A stretch of 64,000 bases of DNA, taken from Cyanidioschyzon merolae (taxonomy: Eukaryota). The notes under the pieces are model-generated. The model was not told the DNA's origin and ran no database searches. It saw nothing but the letters and a program-made list of their open reading frames with translations. This document shows, one piece after another, positions 55,006 through 64,000 of this stretch. The position numbers and the translations under genes are program-made. Location of the stretch: the NCBI GenBank assembly GCA_000091205.1, contig AP006493.2. One strand, given 5' to 3'. The first letter of the stretch is position 1; the number at the start of each line of letters is the position of its first letter.

Positions 55006-55293
55006 TCAGCGAGGATGCCGTTGCTCGATGTTTAGGCGCGACCACCATAGCCCTGTCGACACAAACATGAATACCACGAGTACATATGCACAGAGTGTTG
55101 ATATGGGTGCCGCGATGTCGCATGATGTTGTTGCATTGTTCTCGGGTACAGCATAGTTCATGCTAGTTTGGATCCCGGAGAGTGCGCGATAGTTACCGGC
55201 TACCGGGAGCGCGTCCATCATCATTTCGTGCCAGACCTTCAGGTTCCACGATACATCACCGCCGAATCTACCACCGCTACACATATCTCGCAT
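55006..55293 (-). CDS. Candidate small C-terminally anchored membrane protein (~96 aa from the internal Met MRDMCSGG).
   Basis: Non-junk amino-acid composition, a single C-terminal hydrophobic helix (LCAYVLVVFMFVSTGLWW), and local AT enrichment. No family recognised. Confidence 0.25.
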   Translation of the reverse strand: MRDMCSGGRFGGDVSWNLKVWHEMMMDALPVAGNYRALSGIQTSMNYAVPENNATTSCDIAAPISTLCAYVLVVFMFVSTGLWWSRLNIEQRHPR

Positions 55294-56822
55294 TGGGGAT
55301 ATTAGTAAGTTCACAGGAGCCTCCGAATGCCGATCTCGCCGTGAGCGCCCACCGCGACGCCTTGAGCGCCTGTGCGGATGCTGCACCCAGAGGGAACGTT
55401 TATGCCAGACTCTTGTGGGCGTCAGCTCGAGCGATATGGGTCCCTGGATCGACGCAGCCTTCTCTTTACGTGTCAATGCTCCTGGATCTCGGGGCTTTAA
55501 CTATCGCTTAACCATGAACGCCCGGAGGTTCGGTCAACCGCCCAAACAGTGTCGTCCAAGGTCATGAGGGCTCGATTGATCTGGAGAATCCATGGGCGCC
55601 GCACACCGAGCGAACGGTGTCACGGCCTAGTCACTGATGCCGGCTTCGTACCTTTCAGTTTAACGCAATTAGCACTTAAGAGGGTAAGGCTTCGCATACT
55701 AAGATCATCTTGAGAATCGGATGAGCAGCGGCAACGTCGGATCTTGGATAATGCACTTGGTCAGCTGTATGCGCTTCGTGAAAATCAATCATTTGAGTTC
55801 CGAATCATCTGCACGCGTCTCGTACTGGGCATGCGTCATGCCCTCCGTCCTGCTTGCGAGTTTCATGGCCGCCATCCCTCTCATGCAGTTTGGTTGTTGG
55901 CCCCGCGCTGTCTCATCAGCGCGAAGCGTATGTGCTGACAGATTCCGCGAGAAATCCGTTCTCCGTGGGCGCATATACCGACCGAAATGATGACTCGCAT
56001 ATGCGAAGCGTTCATCGCTGTACAGTTCGGACGTGTTTGCACGCAACTGACCAACCAACGAGTGATGAGCGATGACGCATTCGTTCGCAACAGGGGGCAC
56101 ATCATGCAACGCCATCTCGGAGAAACCACGCCCGAGTGCTCTTGCACAGTACGGATTAGCGGAGAACATGAACGCGCCCCTAGAGCCAACTCCGGTAAGT
56201 GCACCATACAGTGATTTGGTCCCCGCCTGGTGGTCGCTGCGACACTTCCAGCGTCCCTGACGATGGACCCCAAAAACGCTCGACACCCGGCATATCCACC
56301 GCATTGATCAAAACTCGAGTCGTTGTGTGAAAGCTCTTCTGAAGACCGTGGAACATACAAGTATCTGGGGACGACGATGATCTCCCTCCTATTTTTCAGC
56401 GAGCATCACGCGTCCCGAAGAGTCCGGTCCGGCTCATGGGTCAACCGCCATGAACCCTCTTCGCTGCGAGAGCAGCGCTGCGTCAGACTGCAGTGCGCGT
56501 CCGAAATGTCAAGGAATCTACCGTCGTCGCATTGCTGCTGCGCGCGCGTGCCCATGCAGATATTCGTTCACAGGGCGCTGGCTCAGTGTTCGCGTAAACA
56601 CGTGCATGCGATTTCGGGAACTGATCGACGATTGTGCGATTTTGCTATCTGGAGCGAGCAACCACGTATGCAAGCGTGTGTATGCTTGACGGCTTTCAAC
56701 ACAGTTTGCAGCCCGTCTAACTCCATTTGGTTTGATAAGAGCCAAGGATTGTGGTTGTACTTTGAAAAAATACGTAAGCGATATGTTGACTTTTTCCTGA
56801 GGTTTCAGGGGCGAGCACCGTT

Positions 56823-58535
56823 ATGGACCTTGCGCTTCCGCACTTCCCGTCAACCGAGCGAAAGCGGTCTGACTCGAGTGGCAGAGTAGAACAGCGTGCC
56901 CGAGTGGCTGATTTCCAACAGAATGTGAATGTCTCACAAAGCGGGAACTGCGTGGAGGGTTGCTCTGTGCCTCCAAGAGTCTTACCGAAGCGTCCCATAC
57001 TGAAACAGAGGCGACCGGTAGACAAGTCACCCGACTCGACGTACTTGTCAAGCACTTCCGGAAACCCAAGGTGCATTCGTTTTGAATCTGTCGTTCGAGT
57101 CATCAATGATGGCTCATCGTCGCCTCTTAAAGAGGGCACCGTGGCATACGTGGGCGAGTGGTTGCGCGCTGAACTGGTAGAGAAACGACTTGAACAAGTT
57201 TTCTCGAAACCAGCGTCGCTACTTACTCCGCAGGATATCTACGACGTTGTGTACGCGCAGAGTGAGTCCATGCTGAGCGCCGTTCATGTATACGACCCGG
57301 CTGGTCCTCCGGTCCAGAAAACAACGTCCACTACCCAAGTGTTTGGGGTGGCCCCGCCGGAGCCACGAGAAGATAGCGCCTATGAGCTATCGAATATGGA
57401 TAAGGACACTGACGATCAACCCGAAGATCCGGAGGTCAAATCAGTGCCCGAGACTGCCCCAGTATTGGAAAGTCTTGGGATGCGGCATACGCAGCGCTCA
57501 TCATCCACCGTAGCCACCGGTATCTTTTGGTGTTTCCGAAGAAGTACAGTTCGATCCGACGATCCAACCCGAAGCAAGGTCTCCATGGAAAAGGAATTCC
57601 CGCGCACCAGTGTTTCTCGAAACGAAAAGCCTAATGACTTTGATCTCTCCTCCCCAGAGAAAACGACCGAAGAAACTCTCGCAGGAATGGAAGCCTGCGT
57701 GTCTCCTGCGCAGCGGCGAAGCACGAGCCTAGGTCTGGTGCCAGACTTCGATTGCGAGCGAATCTATGCGCATTTACACACAGAGCGAATCCGCATTCTG
57801 GCGATGGACCTTGTGAAGTATCGCGCGGGCAATGTTTTCCACGACGCATGTATAGCGTTTATTTGTCGATCACTACTTCCACATCGGGTTACAGAGATCT
57901 GCACAGGCGAGCCGATCCAGTTCCAATGGCTGAAGGAGCTCGGCTGCTCAGTTTGCGATACCTCGATCCTGTTCGGGCCGTATTCAATGCTAGCTATGCT
58001 TCTTACCCTCCAGTACATTTCGTCCCATCTGCGAGTGTCGCGTAGATTGCTGCAGTCGGATGTTACCCAGACGATCGGCAGCGCTCAGGCTTGCACAGAC
58101 GTGGAGTCCCAAGAGGTAATTGGGTTATCTCAAGGGCCTCAAGATCGCACCGGGTGTGGCGCATCCGGAATTCGTTTAGGTGGTTGTACTGCAAGTTCTG
58201 CGAAACCGGAAGAGCTCACGATGAATCAGAAACGAGATCGTTTCTACTTTTTAGAGCTCTGTCTCCGCCTTGCAACAGCTTTGATCCATTTGTTGCGCCA
58301 CGGGCGATTGAACGCGATCTGTAATTATACAGACCGCGTGCGTCTTGCGTTAGACCTGCTCCTGGCGGGTTGGCTGGCGGACTTTTGGAAGCGCTGGGAG
58401 CGAGGAAGAATACGCAGCGTTGAAGCGTACATCCTTGCAGCACAGAAGAAAATAGCCGATGGTATCGGGGTGCTTGCGATGATTCGTGCGGGAACGCGCA
58501 CGGAGGATGCCTCTGCGATTGCTCTGTACGACTGA
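56823..58535 (+). CDS. Hypothetical protein (570 aa), orphan. The C-terminal half is helical and Leu-rich.
   Basis: Uninterrupted 1.7-kb ORF. Its stop lies 441 bp from the stop of the convergent Myb gene. No recognisable motif. Confidence 0.55.
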   Translation: MDLALPHFPSTERKRSDSSGRVEQRARVADFQQNVNVSQSGNCVEGCSVPPRVLPKRPILKQRRPVDKSPDSTYLSSTSGNPRCIRFESVVRVINDGSSSPLKEGTVAYVGEWLRAELVEKRLEQVFSKPASLLTPQDIYDVVYAQSESMLSAVHVYDPAGPPVQKTTSTTQVFGVAPPEPREDSAYELSNMDKDTDDQPEDPEVKSVPETAPVLESLGMRHTQRSSSTVATGIFWCFRRSTVRSDDPTRSKVSMEKEFPRTSVSRNEKPNDFDLSSPEKTTEETLAGMEACVSPAQRRSTSLGLVPDFDCERIYAHLHTERIRILAMDLVKYRAGNVFHDACIAFICRSLLPHRVTEICTGEPIQFQWLKELGCSVCDTSILFGPYSMLAMLLTLQYISSHLRVSRRLLQSDVTQTIGSAQACTDVESQEVIGLSQGPQDRTGCGASGIRLGGCTASSAKPEELTMNQKRDRFYFLELCLRLATALIHLLRHGRLNAICNYTDRVRLALDLLLAGWLADFWKRWERGRIRSVEAYILAAQKKIADGIGVLAMIRAGTRTEDASAIALYD

Positions 58536-58976
58536 TGAGTTTTACGGAGTCGAACTGGGTGTGAGATACTGATAAAATAGCGAAGACATGCACCACACAT
58601 TGCAGCGTGCCAACCGCACAATCCAGGTGCAGAGCCCAGAATCCGATTCGCTTGTAATTGCATCGCTCTACCCCCTTAACGTACAAGAACAACAGGGCAT
58701 GCTCGGGCAATCCCTTCAGAGTTGCTGGCCTGCCTATTCGGCTACTAGAAATGGTGTGGTGATATCCAAGAAATCGCATAACTACAGGCATTCTCTATCA
58801 GGAGCACATAGCTAAAGCAAATACTCTCCACGAACAGGTGTATCCAGTAAGTTACGCATCAAATCATGCTTCATTCATGGTTCAGTTGCACGCTATATTC
58901 TTGAGCATTTCGCAGATCGAGCTCTAAGAACTGGAGGGTCCCTTCAGTCGCTGGAGGTCCGACCATGCTGCACATC

Positions 58977-60479
58977 TCATACTGAACCGTCTCCCGGAGG
59001 CTGCTTAGCCTGATACGTGCTGCCCGCATATCTCCATTGGTCTGCTGCATGCCCTCGATGGGGGATATTTTCACATGATGAAGCAGTCCCGAGGCCTTGA
59101 CTCTGAGCCAGTCCCGAAGGCTTCCACGCCGCAGCTGCACGCGTGCTGGCAAATCCATAACAATAAAAGTCTTGCAGGGATCCGGACCCACCCAGGCCTG
59201 CTCCACAGACAGAAATGGGGTACCATGGATGAACATGGGTAGGAGGAAACGGTACGTTGGTCCAGCCGTACTGGGGTCGGTTTGGATGCAGCATGAACGG
59301 ATGGGCTGGACCATTCATGCTCATAAAAGCGCCTGGAGCTGCTAATGCTCGCGCCTGGCCCCAGGGAACATCCGCCTTGATGTCAGTACATTGCAGCGAG
59401 TCTGTCGGGAAGCCGGCACCCTGAGTAGAGTGATAGCTCCCAGTGGTCCCGCAAGACTGTGAACACAACAGCAGGTTGTACGCGCTCTGGGTGCAGGCGG
59501 CATATTTCCGACGTCTTTCGTCGGTTGCATAGGCAGCCCGCTGCATTCCAATCATTAATCGCGTTCTTTCATATTCTTCCACACTTGCCGGGGGCGCAGA
59601 CATTGCCCGTTTCGCTTCTGTAGGAAGCCGCCCCGCATAATGTGGTAGTTCCTCAGAGTAATACACGGGACATTCCTGATAAGTTAGCGGCGACGCATAA
59701 CTGCACGATGCTGATTGATACGGGTCACTATTTGATCGCTTAAACTCGGCGCTGCCCACTGGCAGTACCCTGTCTTCATCAACAAGCTGTGCCTTTTGTG
59801 CGGTGTCCTCAGGTGACTCCTCTCGAGTGGGCGACTTAGAGTTGCGCGGGTACGGAGATGCTGACCTTCTTTTGGGTCGTGGCGGCGGAATATATTCCCC
59901 AGTTGTGTGCTTCTGAATTCGCAGAAAGTATTTCTGCGCGTGCGATCTGATTTGCAGCACTGTTTTTGTTCCCACATGCTTCTGAATTTTCTTCCAGTCT
60001 CTTTCGAACAAGTGAAGAGCCTCCACGAACCTTTGGTGCTCCTCTTCTGTCCACTTTTCTCGAGCCTTTGACTTGACATAAGGCTTTCTCGGACGGACAT
60101 CCCGGGAGTTAGAAGTGTTAGAGTTAGGTGCACCTGGTGTGAGGTTGTCCGGGGCGCTCGTCACACTTGAAGCTCCAGAGGAGTTCCTTTCCAAAACGTT
60201 TTCACCGCTATCGTTAACGAAACTCAGTCTCTGCAAAGCACAGGCTGCTGAGCGCGCTTCTCTTTCCCCCTCAGACCGAACAGAAGGCTGCGCGTGAGAA
60301 CCGCTGTCCTCGGAAGTTTCCAGCCCCGCGCTGCTTGAAGACGTCAAAGCCGGGATAGCGTACCGGGGACTCGGGGGCTCAACCGACGAGCTCTTACGTT
60401 CTGCAGTGTAGTGCAGAGGATATGTACGCTGACATTCGGTAGGCGTGCCCCCGGCGTCAAACACAGAGCCCCGGTCCAT
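58977..60479 (-). CDS. Single-repeat MYB-related transcription factor of the SHAQKYF class (CCA1/LHY/RVE-like).
   Basis: The 500-aa ORF contains [51 protein letters not shown], the diagnostic SHAQKYF Myb/SANT repeat, preceded by a basic stretch ([11 protein letters not shown]). Confidence 0.85.
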   Translation of the reverse strand: MDRGSVFDAGGTPTECQRTYPLHYTAERKSSSVEPPSPRYAIPALTSSSSAGLETSEDSGSHAQPSVRSEGEREARSAACALQRLSFVNDSGENVLERNSSGASSVTSAPDNLTPGAPNSNTSNSRDVRPRKPYVKSKAREKWTEEEHQRFVEALHLFERDWKKIQKHVGTKTVLQIRSHAQKYFLRIQKHTTGEYIPPPRPKRRSASPYPRNSKSPTREESPEDTAQKAQLVDEDRVLPVGSAEFKRSNSDPYQSASCSYASPLTYQECPVYYSEELPHYAGRLPTEAKRAMSAPPASVEEYERTRLMIGMQRAAYATDERRRKYAACTQSAYNLLLCSQSCGTTGSYHSTQGAGFPTDSLQCTDIKADVPWGQARALAAPGAFMSMNGPAHPFMLHPNRPQYGWTNVPFPPTHVHPWYPISVCGAGLGGSGSLQDFYCYGFASTRAAAAWKPSGLAQSQGLGTASSCENIPHRGHAADQWRYAGSTYQAKQPPGDGSV

Positions 60480-62838
60480 TCGCTGCTGCTTAACTTGCTC
60501 CCTCGAAAGTCGAGGCCACAGTCAAAGACGACGAAGGAGAATTCCGCCCTCAAGCCACTGGTTGGTATTCTTCGAGACTCCTCACTGGTGCCCGACAAAC
60601 GTAAGCCTCTTTGAAAACACGATCAGTGTCCTTGAAAACCTGGCGCCAAGTCGAGAGTCGTTCGTTGCCACGAGCTACCTACAGGCCCTCGAAAAGACGG
60701 AGGAAATCTCTGCGAATCGTTTGGCAGCACTGCGATTCCGCCTCCGTAGATGTCGGGGATCACAGCGTCGAGCGCTCGGGAGCTCTGGCGCCACCGAGGG
60801 TTCCGCCTCCACGTGCTCAAGGAGTACCCTCACTGGGGCGAATGCATCCCACTGCTGATATTCCATCGTCGCGGGCTTGAAAAGGTATGTTAGAATTTTG
60901 TATTTCTAATTTGTGCTTCATCAAGTGTTAAGTTTCACAGTTGTTGAAAGGTCAAGGGGTTTGTTACGGAAAAGGTAGCTGCCATTCAGCTGTGTGTGGT
61001 AATCACTGAAGAAAGGCTCCAGGGATGGCAGCCAAACTACAGCATGCTTATGTGCTGGTCGAATCCGTGCCAGCCGTAGTCCAATTATAAAATGTGTGGT
61101 AGGGTGAAAGCAGCTGTAGCACACGCTTGAGCGCCGGAACAGGGTTTTCTCCAGAGCATCTCACAGAATCCGAGAGCATCCTCGCTGGATTCTAGGGCAA
61201 AATCAGCCACCAGCGAACAGCATAGCGCTCGCTCACCACGGGAACTTCAAACCTCCAGTTGGGTTAACGGCTGAGGTATCTGGGCAACAGGGTGCATTGT
61301 TGTGTTCTGCGGCGGAGACAAGGTATGTTTCTTGAATATTTCACGACCGGTGGGCTCTTGTCGGAAATCGAAACAGTTCAGAGGATGATGCAACGTTCGA
61401 AGATGCGATCGGAAGGGGTATCTGAGAGCGACATGCTCAAAACTGCTTTGCATTTGGGCGTCCCGGCTGAGTATAACAGATTTGCCTTTAGCCGAGTTGT
61501 GTGTACTAGAGCGGCACACTTCGCACTCCCTCGAGTATGGTTCACCAAGGCGTCATTTCGAAGTGTGTGCGTCTATTCCACGTCGGACTCTCTGTCGGAT
61601 ATTCTCAATTTAGCGTGATTTTTCGTAGACTTTATCATTTACATCGAGCTGGGCGAGGCACGGTCCATGCGACTCCCAATGCACCAGCAGCGTCGCCGTT
61701 TGTGTAAAATCATACACTAGAGACCCTAAGTAAGACAAACCCTGATTGATGAATCCATGATATGTCGGCCGAAGTACAGAGAGCGATCCACAAAATGTTC
61801 GCCGTGGTACAGAGAACGATGTTTACGCGAGTCCTATGCAAGGTACTGAGGACGCTTCAGTCGGGGTCACTGCCGTGTAGAACCCAAGCCCTATCATAAT
61901 TCAAGCTAGAAAAACACCTGCAAGGATGGGCACCGTCAACATGTCGCCTGCTCGCAGAAGATCTTGTGTACGGCGTGTACAGCAGCGCAAACACCAGAAA
62001 AGATGAATTGTTTCGCATCCTTCGCGCGTGGCCCATAGCAAGCTTTATGCTCAATTTTCGAATGGCATACCGCATGTGGCTGCCCTGGCTCCTTGATCAA
62101 AAGCGCATAAGTTGCCTGCAGGCCAAGTGACCTTCACATTGCTGGTGTCCGTGGGCTCAGCGACTCTCTGCACGAGCGTCGCAGAACCTTTCCCCCTACA
62201 ACGAATTTACCTGCTTTTGGGATGCATCCCGTATCACAGAGTGAAGCTTCTTCTATACACGAATGTTCTGGCCTGCCTGATCATGGCGCATGCAGACTAA
62301 CGTGCTGCAGTATCCTGCATGATTTATGGTAGTTTCCTCAAAACGAGCGCCACAGACGTTGCGCAGATGTCGAAGTTCGAGCGAATGCACAATCGATCAA
62401 GAAGCCAAAGCTCTGTCTATTTTCATCCCAATTTATATACTAATGGGCGATAAATACAGTTTCTGACGTGCCGCATGATCTGATCGCCGGTGCACGGTGC
62501 GGCGGCTGCTCCCAGACGTCGTAGCGACGACGGCGGCGCTTTTATCGCCGAGCGCTTGCTTGATTCAACGCCAGGTGCTGTGTTAGCCCAAGACGTCGTC
62601 GGAGTGCAGAGTTTGGTCGCGCAAAACAGCTTGTAAAGAACTTGAACGGGACGGTAGGAAAGTCCTTTACGCACCAGGCACTACGGCAGAACTTTGGGCT
62701 CGAAATTTTGGAGTCAGCGCGGGTGAGAATTTACTGCAACAGCGTGCGTCGTGTGGACTTGCACAGATCCGCTGAAGCAGGGGAGTCGCCGCGAGACTCC
62801 CTGTACCTTTCTCGTGAAACACGTGGTTATAGAGAACT

Positions 62839-64000
62839 ATGGAAGGCTACGTACCAGTCCCGATATCGAACAGCCGAGCAGGGCGTTGGACAGGAACCGG
62901 AAGCGACGGTACACGAGTTTTCACGCAAGCGCGCGACGTGTGTACTCGAGTTCCGGTGCTGGATACTCAGCTGTGCATGTCTCACGGAGCGCATCCTATA
63001 TCGAAGGCAAACGTAAGACTTGCCTTCCAGAAGCCCGGTGGTGTTCTGGGACAAGTCAATGTGAGCGTGTTTGCTCAAAACGGATGCGAGATAAAACCTG
63101 GGTGCGGCAACCGTGTTGCCGTCTCCAAATCTGAGGCACACGCTCTTGGAAGCGAGAGCTCGTGCTTCACACATGGGAGCCGGTGTCTATATCCGCACCC
63201 ACAACGCAAGTCGGCCCAAGAAAATGTGAACAGTGTCGACACTGATCGGGGTGATACTCGCATGATAGCCGTGGGTCCCCGTCGAACCAATGCCCGCAGG
63301 AGTGATAATCCAGAAAAACTTGAGGATTCATGTGAATCAGATAGTGTAATTACTGGCATCATTCTGCGAAGCCCGGATGAAGCCTATCAGGATCGTGGTG
63401 ATCATGCAGGGCTCGAGCACGCAGTAGCATCGCGGAACCAGCGGCGCAATAAGATCCCTCGTGTCGACCCTCGAGGGCTTGCTGCGTACGCAGACGAATT
63501 GCTCGCGGCGGCAGACATTGATATCATATCCCTCTCTGCAGAATTTGGCTCTGTCGACAGGAATAGCCGTAACCAGCGAACACGGATCTCGTTCCCCGGG
63601 TCATTGCGTGCCTACGTTCGAGGTCTGGAGCGGCAGTATCAGTTTGAGCAGTCGTCAGATGCACCTGAGTCTGTCGCTGAGGCAGAAAACAAAATGGTGA
63701 AGAGATCATCGCCTGCAGCGAAGGGCAAAAGCTCCTTGACACGCTCGGAGAAGCGTGCGGCGGCCGCTAAAACGAAAGGTCGGCAACCGAGGGCACGCAA
63801 GACGGAGCGCCTCACCGGCGCGCAAGTCCGAATGCGAGCGGGCCCCCGGATGAAGAATACTGTATCTACGGGTGACGCTTCCGTCGCTAGTGTTAATAGC
63901 AATAGTGGCACGGTGGACCCTTTTGATGGTATATTTTCCGGCCTTGACGATGAAGAACCTGATCTCGACGCGGATAGCGATAAGTTGCTAGATGCTCTGG
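62839..64000 (+). CDS. 5'-partial gene running off the right edge of the window (at least 387 codons). Hypothetical protein.
   Basis: Codon-by-codon manual translation of frame 1 from the ATG at 62839 (stop immediately upstream at 62830-62832) to position 64000 finds no stop. Protein begins MEGYVPVPISNSRAG... and reads ...DPFDGIFSGLDDEEPDLDADSDKLLDAL at the window edge. It is absent from the supplied ORF track because it has no stop inside the window. Confidence 0.4.
   Translation, partial: MEGYVPVPISNSRAGRWTGTGSDGTRVFTQARDVCTRVPVLDTQLCMSHGAHPISKANVRLAFQKPGGVLGQVNVSVFAQNGCEIKPGCGNRVAVSKSEAHALGSESSCFTHGSRCLYPHPQRKSAQENVNSVDTDRGDTRMIAVGPRRTNARRSDNPEKLEDSCESDSVITGIILRSPDEAYQDRGDHAGLEHAVASRNQRRNKIPRVDPRGLAAYADELLAAADIDIISLSAEFGSVDRNSRNQRTRISFPGSLRAYVRGLERQYQFEQSSDAPESVAEAENKMVKRSSPAAKGKSSLTRSEKRAAAAKTKGRQPRARKTERLTGAQVRMRAGPRMKNTVSTGDASVASVNSNSGTVDPFDGIFSGLDDEEPDLDADSDKLLDAL

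Overview
This 64 kb window is GC-rich (roughly 55%) eukaryotic nuclear DNA. Nearly every recognisable gene is one uninterrupted ORF, so the genome is intron-poor. Genes sit on both strands, several as head-to-head or tail-to-tail pairs. Confidently recognised genes: eIF4A, a Gyp7/TBC1D15-type Rab-GAP, an MFSD4-like MFS transporter, cytochrome bc1 subunit 7 (QCR7), a bHLH transcription factor, the ribonucleotide reductase small subunit, the RNA polymerase I largest subunit, a MiaB/CDK5RAP1-type radical-SAM methylthiotransferase, a COP1 RING/WD40 E3 ligase, a TatD hydrolase, a pyruvate kinase with a transit-peptide-like N-terminus, and a SHAQKYF-class Myb factor. Several long orphan ORFs are also present. 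The plant-like regulators (COP1, SHAQKYF-Myb), a bacterial-type TatB homologue and a likely organelle-targeted pyruvate kinase suggest a unicellular alga-like organism; a compact red-algal-type genome is my guess only. The stretches 1-9000, 14.5-17.6 kb, 21-23 kb and 33-37.4 kb hold no long ORFs but contain tandem repeats, microsatellites and a few small candidate genes. The most unusual items are (i) a nuclear ORF that aligns residue-by-residue with bacterial TatB from its start codon, and (ii) a diverged tandem copy of the last ~25 codons of the MiaB-like gene, including its stop codon, immediately downstream of the real stop. I found no prokaryotic defence systems, CRISPR arrays, clear transposons, tRNAs or rRNA genes; the tRNA/ncRNA search was by eye only and is not exhaustive.
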